In this document: positions 1 through 8,815 of the stretch, piece by piece | How positions within the stretch are numbered: position 1 is the stretch's first letter | Layout of the letters: each line of letters opens with the position of its first letter | Assembly (NCBI GenBank): GCA_965204745.1 | Contig: OZ242010.1 | Span: forward strand, 4,448,001-4,512,000 | Direction: 5' to 3' | DNA from: Candidatus Latescibacterota bacterium | Lineage (GTDB): Bacteria > Latescibacterota > UBA2968 | Length of the DNA stretch: 64,000 nt | Program-made: the position numbers and the translations under genes | The notes under the pieces: model-generated | The model's database searches: none | The model's input: only the letters and a program-made list of their open reading frames with translations | Told to the model about the DNA's origin: nothing

Positions 1-2
1 TC

Positions 3-1265
3 ACGCTATCGGGCGCGAACACGCTGACCGTCGCGGCGGGCGCGACGACGAGCACGGGCACCGTGACGATCACGACGGTGGACAACAGCATGTCTTCGGG
101 GAACAAGACGGTGACCGTGTCGGCGAGCACGGTGGGCAACAGCATAGGCACGGGATCGGTCACTGCTACGACGCTGACGATTATCGATGACGAAGTGGCA
201 CAGGTGACGTTGGTTTTGTCTCCGGCGTCGATTTCTGAGGCAGGCGCGGTTTCAACAGTAACGGCAACGCTAGATCGCACCGTGACCGCGGCGACGACGA
301 TCACGGTTTCAGCGATGGCTGTGTCGCCTGCGGTTGCGGGCGATTTCACGCTATCGCCCACGAACACGCTGACCGTCGCGGCGAGTGTGACGACGAGCAC
401 GGGCACCGTGACGATCACAGCGGTGAATAATACGACCGATGCACCGGACAAGCGCGTGACCGTGGCTGCAACGGTGGCGGGTGGCAATGGGGCGTCGCTA
501 TCGTCTGCCGTGACCCTGACGATCACAGACGATGACGAAGCGCCGACCGTGACGTTGGTGCTCACCCCCTCGTCCATCTCGGAAAACGGCGAGGTTTCCA
601 CGGTGAGCGCGACCCTATCGCATCCATCGAGCGCGGTCACGACGATCACGGTCTCTGCTACGCCTGTGTCCCCTGCGACTGCGAGCGACTTCACGCTATC
701 GAGTGCAGACACCCTGATCATCGCGGTGACGACCACAACGAGCACGGGCACCGTGACGATCACCGCAGAGGACAACAACGACCAGGCAGACGAGAAGACG
801 GTCACGGTGTCTGCAACCGCAAACAACGCCCAAGGCATCACCGCACCCTCACCCGTGACCCTGACCTTGACCGATGACGACGCACCGAGTGCCAACTTGG
901 ATGTGGATGGCGATGGCCGGGTGAGATTGTTCTCGGATATAATCCTGGTCATTCGATATGTCCTCTTCTTCCGGAACGAGGCCCTCCTCAGAGGGAACGT
1001 CATCGAGCCAACTGCCACGCGCACGACCGCTCAAGAAATTGAACCCTACCTCGACACGTTGGTCAATCAGAACATTCTCGATGTGGATGGCGATGGCGAT
1101 GTGAGGCTGTTCTCGGATATAATCCTGATCATTCGATATGTCCTCTTCTTCCGGAACGAGGCCCTCCTCAGAGGGAACGTCATCGAGCAACAGGCTACGC
1201 GCACGACCGCTCAAGCCATTGAACCCTACATCCGAAGCCTCTATCCCGACTCCCACTTCCAATGA
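3..1265 (+). CDS. 3' part of a large repetitive surface protein (Calx-beta/Ig-like Thr-rich repeats) ending in a tandem dockerin-like module; 5' end lies outside the window
   Basis: Frame is open from base 3. Repeats of type TLTIxDDD...VTLVLSPxSISE; C-terminal 2x LDVDGDGxVRLFSDIILxIRY module. Confidence 0.8.
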   Translation, partial: TLSGANTLTVAAGATTSTGTVTITTVDNSMSSGNKTVTVSASTVGNSIGTGSVTATTLTIIDDEVAQVTLVLSPASISEAGAVSTVTATLDRTVTAATTITVSAMAVSPAVAGDFTLSPTNTLTVAASVTTSTGTVTITAVNNTTDAPDKRVTVAATVAGGNGASLSSAVTLTITDDDEAPTVTLVLTPSSISENGEVSTVSATLSHPSSAVTTITVSATPVSPATASDFTLSSADTLIIAVTTTTSTGTVTITAEDNNDQADEKTVTVSATANNAQGITAPSPVTLTLTDDDAPSANLDVDGDGRVRLFSDIILVIRYVLFFRNEALLRGNVIEPTATRTTAQEIEPYLDTLVNQNILDVDGDGDVRLFSDIILIIRYVLFFRNEALLRGNVIEQQATRTTAQAIEPYIRSLYPDSHFQ

Positions 1266-1462
1266 AAGCCTGTTCCCTGACCGCCACAGATGAAGATGGC
1301 GATAGCAATGCGAATTTCACCGATTTCTTGACCTTTGCCAGCAAGTTCGGCTCGCGACTCGGTCAGGAGCGATATGACGCCCGGTGCGATCTCAATGGCG
1401 ATGGCGAGATTGGATTCGACGATTGCTTCATCTCCGCCGCCGGCTTTGGCTCATCAGGCTGA
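1262..1462 (+). pseudogene. Stand-alone EF-hand/dockerin-like tail, probably a relic
   Basis: DGDxNxNFxDFLTFASKFG...DLNGDGEIGFDD motif pair; ATGA overlap with the upstream stop; no signal peptide; degenerate compared with the 48758 copy. Confidence 0.55.
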
Positions 1463-1485
1463 ACGACGAAAGATGCAAACAAACA

Positions 1486-1516
1486 AAAGCCCGGGTTCAC
1501 AGTGAACTCGGGCTTT
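1486..1516 (+). terminator. Intrinsic terminator-like palindrome (family also at 5881, 7233, 48969)
   Basis: AAAGCCCGGGTTC-ACAGT-GAACTCGGGCTTT hairpin between convergent genes. Confidence 0.7.
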
Positions 1517-1652
1517 ACTTCTTGGGACAGGCACGGGGGCCTGTCCCTACGGATGATGGCGACAGGGAACGATGAAGCGGCGGCAGAGCGGTGGGGCGGT
1601 CTCGCCTCTTACTTCTCGCCTCTTACTTCTCGCCTCTTACTTGGGGCTGATC

Positions 1653-3236
1653 TCAATACCCCACGGCCATGCCGTCTTTGCGCGGGTCCGAGGCGGCGCA
1701 GTAGGTCGTGTCGTCGAGTTTGTAAATGAGTTGGCCGCCGCCATAGCCGATTTGGGGTGGGATGTGAATGGCGTGACCGCGGGCGTGGAGATCGTCCAAA
1801 GTGTCGGAGGCGACGCCGGGTTCGATGCCCACATTTGTCCCGCCCAGAACCTGCCAGCGGGGTGCGTCGCAAGCTACTTGGGGATTTTGACCGTAAGCGA
1901 AAATCCGAATCATCATCTGCGCGTGGCCTTGGGGTTGCATGTGCCCGCCCATGACGCCGAAGGACATCACGGGTTGGCTTGCGCGGGTCGCAAAGGCCGG
2001 GATGATGGTGTGATAGGGCCGCTTGCCGCCATCTACGAGATTGGGATGATCGGGGTCGAGGACAAAGCCCGCGCCGCGATTTTGCATGCTGATCCCGGTG
2101 TCGGGAATGACGATGCCAGAGCCGAATCCCATGAAATTGGACTGAATAAAGGAGACCATCATGCCCTGTTCGTCTGCGGTGGTGAGGTACACGGTGTCGC
2201 TGTGGGGCGTGCCAAATGTGGGGGATTGGGCGCGTTGCAAGTCGATCAACCGGGCGCGTTGGGCCAAATAGGCGGGGTCGAGCAGGTGCGCGTATTCGAT
2301 GTCCCGCGTATTGGGGTCAGAGACGTAGCGGTGGGCGTCGGCGTACGCCAATTTCATGGCTTCGATTTGAAGGTGCAAGCTGTCTGCCGAGTCGACGGGG
2401 TACTGGGGCAAATCCCAGTTGTCGAGGATGCCCAATGCGATCAGCGCGGCGATGCCCTGACCGTTGGGGGGAATTTCGTGCAAGGTGTGGTGCTGAAAAT
2501 CGATGGCCATGGTATCGACCCAATCGGCGCGGTGTTCGGCGAGGTCTTCTTCGGTCATTGCGCCGCCGGTGTTTTTCGCATGGGCCGCGATTTTTTCCGC
2601 GAGGTCGCCCCGGTAAAAAGCGTCCCCCTCGGTTTCTGCAATGCGCTCTAAGGTGCGCGCTTGGGCCTCGCAGGTGAAGGTGTCGCCGATGTCGGGGGCG
2701 CGACCCTGCGGCGCGAATGTCGCCATCCAATCGGGCATGTCGCGGTACGTGCGCGCAGCACTCGCCCAACCGCGCCCGGTGATGGGCGAGACCGCAAAGC
2801 CATTGCGGCCGTAGTAAATCGCGGGTTCAAACAGGGTTTCAAAGGGCAAGTTGCCAAAACGCCGTGACACTTCGACCCACGCAGAAACACAGCCGGGCAC
2901 GGTGACAGCGTCCCAACCGCGCTGCGGCATGCGGTCATACGCGGCAAATCGTTCGGGGCACCACGCCTTTGGGGAACGCCCGGATGCGTTGAGCCCGTGC
3001 AGTTGTTCTCCGTCCCACAAGATGCAAAAGGCATCGCTGCCAATGCCGTTGCTGGTGGGTTCGACGACGCAAAGCGCGATGGCCGTGGCCAGGGCCGCGT
3101 CTGCGGCATTGCCGCCTTTGTACAACATGCTAAGCCCGGCTTGCGCGGCGAGCGGTTGCGATGTGGCGACCACGTTGCGCGCCATCACGGGCATGCGTTG
3201 GGAGGGATATGGAAAAGACCATGACAGATTGGACAT
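1653..3236 (-). CDS. ggt: Gamma-glutamyltransferase family protein
   Basis: GGNAADAA, EPTSNGIGSDAF, catalytic Thr in SDTVY, GKRPYHTIIP, GVMGGHMQPQGH, terminal SDPRKDG. Confidence 0.95.
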   Translation of the reverse strand: MSNLSWSFPYPSQRMPVMARNVVATSQPLAAQAGLSMLYKGGNAADAALATAIALCVVEPTSNGIGSDAFCILWDGEQLHGLNASGRSPKAWCPERFAAYDRMPQRGWDAVTVPGCVSAWVEVSRRFGNLPFETLFEPAIYYGRNGFAVSPITGRGWASAARTYRDMPDWMATFAPQGRAPDIGDTFTCEAQARTLERIAETEGDAFYRGDLAEKIAAHAKNTGGAMTEEDLAEHRADWVDTMAIDFQHHTLHEIPPNGQGIAALIALGILDNWDLPQYPVDSADSLHLQIEAMKLAYADAHRYVSDPNTRDIEYAHLLDPAYLAQRARLIDLQRAQSPTFGTPHSDTVYLTTADEQGMMVSFIQSNFMGFGSGIVIPDTGISMQNRGAGFVLDPDHPNLVDGGKRPYHTIIPAFATRASQPVMSFGVMGGHMQPQGHAQMMIRIFAYGQNPQVACDAPRWQVLGGTNVGIEPGVASDTLDDLHARGHAIHIPPQIGYGGGQLIYKLDDTTYCAASDPRKDGMAVGY

Positions 3237-3330
3237 GGGATTGCATCTCCTTAAAAATTCTTAAAAGCCCCTCTCCGAGACGGGGAGATGTTCTGCCACC
3301 ATTTCTCGTCGAGAGACGTTGGGGTAAGTA

Positions 3331-3801
3331 TCAGTTCAGGGTGATTTCTTCGAGTTGTTCCGCGACTTGGGTCATCAACTCGTCGTTGTCGATGGGTGCG
3401 CGCAGGGGTTCGGTGAAGTTGAGGCGATACCCATTGGGGTCTATCACGATGACCTCGCGTGCGTTCCACGGGCGGTTGTGCGGGCCGGAGAGCTGGCTGT
3501 TGCCATCGCATCTGACCCGGTCGGCAATCGCGTCAACCGATTCGCGCAGCACGGTAAAATTGAGGGTGACGCCCGCGCCTTTGATCGTCGGCATCACGGC
3601 GTTCGGCCCTTCTTCCATCAAGATCACATCCGCGTGCGGTGCCCAGCGCAAGTGCGACATGATGGGGTCGCCATTGGCGCCGGGCATTTGCGAAATCAAG
3701 GCAAAGCCGAGGGTATCGCAATACCAACGTGTGGCGATGTTGAGGTCATTGACCATCAGCGTTGTATAGGACGGCATCTGGTAGTCGAGATCGCGTGCCA
3801 C
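3331..3801 (-). CDS. VOC (glyoxalase/bleomycin resistance) family protein
   Basis: LMVNDL...WYCDTLGF and PWNAREVIVIDPNGYRLNF motifs. Confidence 0.9.
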   Translation of the reverse strand: MARDLDYQMPSYTTLMVNDLNIATRWYCDTLGFALISQMPGANGDPIMSHLRWAPHADVILMEEGPNAVMPTIKGAGVTLNFTVLRESVDAIADRVRCDGNSQLSGPHNRPWNAREVIVIDPNGYRLNFTEPLRAPIDNDELMTQVAEQLEEITLN

Positions 3802-3880
3802 CTGCGTGTCCTTTCTCCCGTGTGGGATTGAATGTCGTGATGGTGGGCGGGCTGATCGCCGATTGCTAACTGCTGATCTA

Positions 3881-3916
3881 AAAAAACAAAACCCGCCGAA
3901 ATTGCTTCAGCGGGTT
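3881..3916 (-). terminator. Terminator in the leader of the VOC gene (possible attenuator)
   Basis: Minus strand AACCCGCTGAAGCAATTTCGGCGGGTT followed by a T run. Confidence 0.65.
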
Positions 3917-4218
3917 GGTGTGGAAAGACGGTTTTTGCATTCATGTCTTTGTCATAAGAACCCGCCAGCATGTCTTCATGGCGATGCCATGATCCGTGCA
4001 GACCGCGAGATTCAGCCCACTGCTCGGGCACGCATCGACACGGATAAACGACATCTGTGCATGAGAACTGCCATCACAGCGATAGGCCAGTTGTGGGCAA
4101 TGATTCTGGTGGGTTGGTGAAATCATGTCACAGTTCCATTTGTGTCGACGAACGGACGCACAAAATATAGCGGACATTTGCCAAAGTCAAGCGGGTTTTT
4201 TGGAAAAATTTCATCATT

Positions 4219-4312
4219 ATGAGATATTGGTTGACTTTGCGCTCAAATTTGCGAGATTAGATAGAGACTTCTGCTTGAGACCATGACTTGGACAGAAATC
4301 TGTTATTCCCGT
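4219..4312 (+). promoter_or_regulatory. Repeated TA leader element, copy 1 (TTGACT -35-like box, CAAATTTG palindrome)
   Basis: Nearly identical to 5171-5263; first ~40 bp recur at 6314. Confidence 0.7.
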
Positions 4313-4395
4313 GGTTGGTATTACGCTACCCAATGCGCGCACGCGCTTCTGTGCGGATGGGGGGATGAGCAGGATTAATCCGAATGGAGGCATTG

Positions 4396-4605
4396 ATGGA
4401 CTACAAAGTACCACTTGTTCTGACACCGCAACCCGAAGGAGGGTACACTGTGACCTCTCCCTTGTTGCCCGAGTTGGTCACTGAAGGCGATTCGATCTCC
4501 CAAGCGGTAGAGAACGTCCAAGACGCACTGGCTACGGTCATTGAACTGTATGAAGACATCGGCCGCCCATTGCCTCAAAATACCCAGATAGGGATGAGCA
4601 CTTGA
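4396..4605 (+). CDS. HicB-family antitoxin-like protein (no hicA adjacent)
   Basis: PQPEGGYTVTSPLLPELVTEGDSISQAVENVQDA; GGAGG RBS. Confidence 0.8.
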   Translation: MDYKVPLVLTPQPEGGYTVTSPLLPELVTEGDSISQAVENVQDALATVIELYEDIGRPLPQNTQIGMST

Positions 4606-4880
4606 TACTAAATTTTAGGCATCGCGGGTTGCGCCGACTCTATGAAACAGACGACTCGCGCGGTGTAAATCCAGACCATGCAGAAAAACTGAAGAATATT
4701 CTGGCGCGGCTTGAAGTGGCTGAAAGTCCAATGGATATGAATTTACCCGGTTTTCGTTTACACCCGCTCAGAGGAAATCGGGCCGGTTTATGGGCTGTTG
4801 TGGTGCGTGCAAACTGGCGCGTCACCTTCCGCTTTGAAAAGACAGATGTCGCCGATGTCAATTATGAAGATTATCATTAA
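4602..4880 (+). CDS. higB: HigB/RelE-family toxin (plasmid maintenance killer type)
   Basis: MILNFRHRGLRRLYE...PGFRLHPLRG...VRANWRVTFRF...YEDYH. Confidence 0.92.
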   Translation: MILNFRHRGLRRLYETDDSRGVNPDHAEKLKNILARLEVAESPMDMNLPGFRLHPLRGNRAGLWAVVVRANWRVTFRFEKTDVADVNYEDYH

Positions 4881-4892
4881 AAGGAGCATCCT

Positions 4893-5174
4893 ATGCCGAT
4901 GAAGAATCCTCCGCACCCCGGTAAACTCGTCCTTGAAGAGTGTCTTGAGCCGCTTGGCCTGTCCATTACAGAAGCTGCCGTGGGCTTGGGCATCACCCGC
5001 ACGAGTTTGTCCCGGCTGATTCACGGGCACACGGATATTTCTGCGGAAATGGCCGTGCGTCTGTCCAAGGCATTCGGCGGCAGTGCGGAAAGTTGGTTGC
5101 GCCAACAAATGAACTACGACTTGGCACAGATTCAGAATACCTGTGCCGGTGAAACAGGTAGCGACTCAGGATGA
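4893..5174 (+). CDS. higA: HigA antitoxin (XRE HTH); last residues derive from the next repeat
   Basis: MKNPPHPG...[29 protein letters not shown]. Confidence 0.92.
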   Translation: MPMKNPPHPGKLVLEECLEPLGLSITEAAVGLGITRTSLSRLIHGHTDISAEMAVRLSKAFGGSAESWLRQQMNYDLAQIQNTCAGETGSDSG

Positions 5175-5263
5175 GATATTGGTTGACTTTGCGTCCAAAT
5201 TTGCGAGATTAGATAGAAACTTCTGCTTGAGACCATGACTTGGACAGAAATCTGTTATTCCCG
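5137..5263 (+). promoter_or_regulatory. Repeated TA leader element, copy 2
   Basis: Matches 4219-4312 and 6280-6353. Confidence 0.7.
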
Positions 5264-5281
5264 TTGTGTACTTGGATTTTT

Positions 5282-5650
5282 ATGACCCAAAATCCTACGC
5301 TCTGCGTCGTCTTTTTTCGCACTGACACGGGAAATGAACCTGTGCGAGAATGGCTCAAAGGGCTTGCAAAAGAAGACAAAAAGACAATTGGTGAAGATAT
5401 AAAATTGGTGCAGTTTGGTTGGCCCTTGGGCATGCCACTCGTTCGGAAACTGAGAGGCGTTCAAGACCTATGGGAAGTTCGCAGTAACCTCAGCGATAGG
5501 CGGATTGCGCGGATTTTGTTTAGCGTAGAAGGTAGCGATATGGTACTTCTGCACGGCTTTTTCAAGAAGAGCCGAAGGACGCCGAAATCCGCTTTGAAGT
5601 TGGCACAAGATCGAAAAAATCTATGGCAAAGGGGAGACGACCATGAATAA
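5282..5650 (+). CDS. RelE/ParE superfamily toxin (Gp49/DUF891-like)
   Basis: FFRTDTGNEPVREWLK...GWPLGMPLVRKL...LWEVRS...MVLLHGFFKKSRRTP. Confidence 0.9.
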   Translation: MTQNPTLCVVFFRTDTGNEPVREWLKGLAKEDKKTIGEDIKLVQFGWPLGMPLVRKLRGVQDLWEVRSNLSDRRIARILFSVEGSDMVLLHGFFKKSRRTPKSALKLAQDRKNLWQRGDDHE

Positions 5651-5861
5651 GTATCGCGGTAGCAATTTTGATGACTTTCTCAAAGAGGAAGGCATGCTTG
5701 AAGACGTATCTGAACGCGCACAAAAGCGACTGGAGGCATTACGAGTTGAAGATGCGCCCGCTGGCTCCAGCAACGGGTTTTTGCAATGGCTCAAGCAATT
5801 TGTCAATCGCCGCTTCCCTATTTCTTCTGACGCCCGGCGAGAAACCGCCTCGCCTCGATAA
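5643..5861 (+). pseudogene. XRE-type antitoxin N-terminus, truncated before the HTH
   Basis: MNKYRGSNFDDFLKEEG is typical of partners of Gp49-like toxins; sequence then diverges and ends in the shared right flank. Confidence 0.65.
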
Positions 5862-5946
5862 CGATTCCTTCCAAAAATTGAAGCCCGAGTTCCTTGCGAA
5901 CCCGGGCTTTTTCTGTTCTTCAAAAGAACCGCCGCGTCATTCTCTT

Positions 5947-6162
5947 TCAGGTGAAAAATGTAATTTTGACCAGCAGGCCCAGTGCGATTACCACCCCCGC
6001 TCGAATCCACGCAACCGTGCGTCCCAAAGCATTGAGTTCTCGGCGCACCTCTCGCAATTCAGCCTCAACCGCGGATAGCCGCGTGCGAATTTCCTCAATG
6101 ATACCCTCAAGTTTCGAAATCCGTTCCCGCGCTTCGTGATCGATGGATCTTTCATCGGTCAT
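5947..6162 (-). CDS. Small coiled-coil protein with a C-terminal membrane anchor (paralog of 13890)
   Basis: RISKLEGIIEEIRTRL...GVVIALGLLVKITFF; RBS AAAGGGGG. Confidence 0.75.
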   Translation of the reverse strand: MTDERSIDHEARERISKLEGIIEEIRTRLSAVEAELREVRRELNALGRTVAWIRAGVVIALGLLVKITFFT

Positions 6163-6279
6163 TCATTCACCCCCTTTATCTGACAACGCAACAACCTCCT
6201 CTGATAACATACGCCCAAAATTCAAAAACATTTTTTAATATAGACACATTGCTGGCCGATTCTGTTTAAAAAAATCCGC

Positions 6280-6353
6280 ATACCTGTGCCTGTGAAACAG
6301 ATCGCGGATCAGGATGAGATATTGGTTGACTTTGCGCTCAAATTTGCGAAATT
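6280..6353 (+). promoter_or_regulatory. Repeated TA leader element, copy 3 (partial)
   Basis: ATACCTGTGCC...CAGGATGAGATATTGGTTGACTTTGCGCTCAAATTTGCGA. Confidence 0.65.
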
Positions 6354-6401
6354 AAACACGGGAGGGATTCGAGAATTTCACTTGAGAAACAACTACCCGC
6401 A

Positions 6402-6776
6402 ATGCCGGAAACTAAGGTCATATTCTATTGTGAAGCGAACGGAACCGTTCCCGTGCTGGCGTGGCTCGACGACTTGCTTCCCAAGGTTAGGGCCAAATGT
6501 ATTGTAAAAATTGAGCGACTCAGCACATTAGGATATGAACTTCGGAGACCTGAAGCCGATTATTTGAGAGACGATATTTACGAACTTCGCATCGCATATC
6601 GCAACATTCAATATCGGCTTCTTTACTTTTTTTGTGGACGTAACGCCGCGGTGCTCTCGCACGGCATTGTCAAAACACAGCGCGTGCCGCCTGCGGAAAT
6701 CGCCCGTGCTATTCGCCGAAAAAGAAACTTTGAACGGAATCCTGAACGACATACTTATTCGCTGGAGAATGAATGA
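6402..6776 (+). CDS. RelE/ParE superfamily toxin (Gp49-like)
   Basis: LGYELRRPEADYLRDDIYELR...YRLLYFF...VLSHGIVK. Confidence 0.9.
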   Translation: MPETKVIFYCEANGTVPVLAWLDDLLPKVRAKCIVKIERLSTLGYELRRPEADYLRDDIYELRIAYRNIQYRLLYFFCGRNAAVLSHGIVKTQRVPPAEIARAIRRKRNFERNPERHTYSLENE

Positions 6777-7090
6777 TGCGCGAAAAAAGAACCATAGATG
6801 CCGTGGAAATCCTGCACAAACGCTATGTCGCGGGCGACCCGAAGTTGGAAGCCTTGCTCAAAACGGAACGGATCAACGCAGAGATCGGCACTCAACTCTA
6901 TCACCTTAGAACCGCGTCTGGCCTGTCGCAACGGGAATTGGCCGATCAGGCCAGCATGCCCGTCTCGGTCATTGACAGCCTTGAAAACGCCGACTACGAA
7001 GGACACGCCTTGGCCGTATTCCGTCAGATCGCCGCCATGCTGAACAAACGGGGCCAGATTTCTTCTGACGCCCAGGCGATCAGCGGATGA
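6773..7090 (+). CDS. XRE HTH antitoxin, C-terminus shortened
   Basis: LYHLRTASGLSQRELA...IDSLENADYEGH; ends in the shared ISSDA flank. Confidence 0.85.
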   Translation: MMREKRTIDAVEILHKRYVAGDPKLEALLKTERINAEIGTQLYHLRTASGLSQRELADQASMPVSVIDSLENADYEGHALAVFRQIAAMLNKRGQISSDAQAISG

Positions 7091-7442
7091 ATGCGGATTG
7101 GGGCGCAGGTAGGGCGGAGCGTGCAGGTGGTGTAAAGGATGTAGCAGGTGCGAAGGACGCAGTGGGGGTGGTAGGGGTAGGGTAATCCGCGCAATCCCCT
7201 AATCCGCGCAAATCCGCGATCCAGACAACAAAAAGCCCGAGTTCCTTGCGAACCCGGGCTTGTTTTTTGTGCGTTCTTTCATCTGTGTTCATCCGTGTTC
7301 ATCCGTGGTTGCTTTCCCCCTCTTGTATCTTTGGGCGAGCACGGGGGCATCGCCCCTACACACTGATCGCCTTTGAACGTTGTACCCCTTTTGTGCCTTT
7401 TGTGCTTTTTGTGGCTAATTGTGTCTGTTATGCCTCTTGTGG

Positions 7443-8591
7443 CTAAAATCCCATCTTCCATCTCCCGTACTTCCGCAAAATCTCGATCAACTCGTCATGC
7501 GGTAGCGCGGGCATCACGCGGTCGTCGCGTCCCACCATAGAATCGGCCACGCACATGGCATTGACAATCGCCTCTTCCGTGGCTTCGATAGTGGCTTGAA
7601 ACAGCGGGGTGAGCCGGTGATCGCGCAATGTGGTAATGGTATCGCGGTCCGCCCGCGTGCGCGACAGGCGGTACGCCGTTGAAAACGCGATGGCAAAATC
7701 GCCGCTGCTCGTGCGGGAAACCGTACCCGTGCGCCCAATGCCCACAGGCGCGCGCTTGCACAACCGGCGCAACTGATGCGGCACCAAGGGCGCGTCTGTG
7801 GCAATGACCACGATGATCGACCCGTCGCGCGTGGGCGTTCTCTCAACCGGCAGTTCCCGGCCGACGGGCACCCCATCGATGACGAGCATGGGCCTGCGCC
7901 CGCAGTTGGCATTGACGAGCACCCCGACCGTATGTCCATCCGGCACGACCCGAGACGCCGTGCCAATGCCGGCTTTGAAGCCGTACGCGCGCATCCCCGT
8001 ACCCGCGCCGACCGAGCCTTCGGGCACCGGCCCGGTCCTTGCCTTTTCAATGGCCGCGACGACGTGATCGATCCCAACGTGTCGCCCGGCAATATCATTC
8101 AACCCCCCGTCATAACACTCGGCCACCACGGGCAGGGGAACGCGGCCCGCGCCCTGTTTGAGCATGTACGCGACCACCCCGCTATACCCTTCGCCCACCG
8201 AGAGCGTATTCGTCAGCACGATGGGCACCTCGAGTTGCCCGCGCTCATTGACCCAAGCCATGCCCGTCATCTCGCCATTGCCATTGAGGGCCTCGGCCGC
8301 GGCAAACACCTGATTGCGATAAACATCCTCCCCGTGCGGCACGACAGCCGTGACCCCCGTGCGAACCGGGCCTTTGCCCACGACGAGCTCGCCCTGCCCT
8401 TTGATCAGCGTCACATGCCCGACGCGCACGCCCGCCACATCGGTAATCGCATTGTACTTCCCCGTGGGCAACACGCCAATTTGAATGCCCAATTCCCGAG
8501 CACGCGCCCGCTGGGCATCACAGGGCATTGCGAGCAGCGAGACGAGGAACCAGAGTGTACAGGCACTTTTGAGAAATCGTCTAAATGCCCC
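7443..8591 (-). CDS. P1/DmpA (S58) family aminopeptidase; start uncertain (ATG at 8528 or an alternative codon near 8590)
   Basis: RARELGI..G..NAITDVAGVRVGH, EGSVGAGTGM, GIGTASR, DGSIIVVIATDAPL, SSGDFAIAFST. Confidence 0.9.
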   Translation of the reverse strand, partial: GAFRRFLKSACTLWFLVSLLAMPCDAQRARARELGIQIGVLPTGKYNAITDVAGVRVGHVTLIKGQGELVVGKGPVRTGVTAVVPHGEDVYRNQVFAAAEALNGNGEMTGMAWVNERGQLEVPIVLTNTLSVGEGYSGVVAYMLKQGAGRVPLPVVAECYDGGLNDIAGRHVGIDHVVAAIEKARTGPVPEGSVGAGTGMRAYGFKAGIGTASRVVPDGHTVGVLVNANCGRRPMLVIDGVPVGRELPVERTPTRDGSIIVVIATDAPLVPHQLRRLCKRAPVGIGRTGTVSRTSSGDFAIAFSTAYRLSRTRADRDTITTLRDHRLTPLFQATIEATEEAIVNAMCVADSMVGRDDRVMPALPHDELIEILRKYGRWKMGF

Positions 8592-8815
8592 CTCTCCGAG
8601 ACGGGGATGGCCTCCTTTTTCGTAGGAAGCACCGATTCCCCCTTTGTATCGTTGGGCACTACAAACACTGCTCGCCTTTGAACGGGCTATCGCCAGTTGT
8701 ACCCCTTTTGTGCCTTTGAACGGGCTGTCGCCAGTTGTACCCCTTTTGTGCCTTTTGTGGCTATAATCCCATCTTCCTCGTAGAAAGGGGGTAGGTTTGA
8801 ATCCCATAAAACACC

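Noticed and set aside
885-1265. Duplicated C-terminal module as a DGR template/variable repeat pair
   Set aside because: Differences are few and not confined to adenines of one copy; no reverse transcriptase in the window.
1572-2651. 359-aa plus-strand ORF
   Set aside because: Antisense shadow of ggt, typical of GC-rich DNA.
4219-7261. TA array as a classical integron
   Set aside because: No intI in the window. I could not find attC-type RYYYAAC...GTTRRRY bounded palindromes, and the shared leaders look like promoters.
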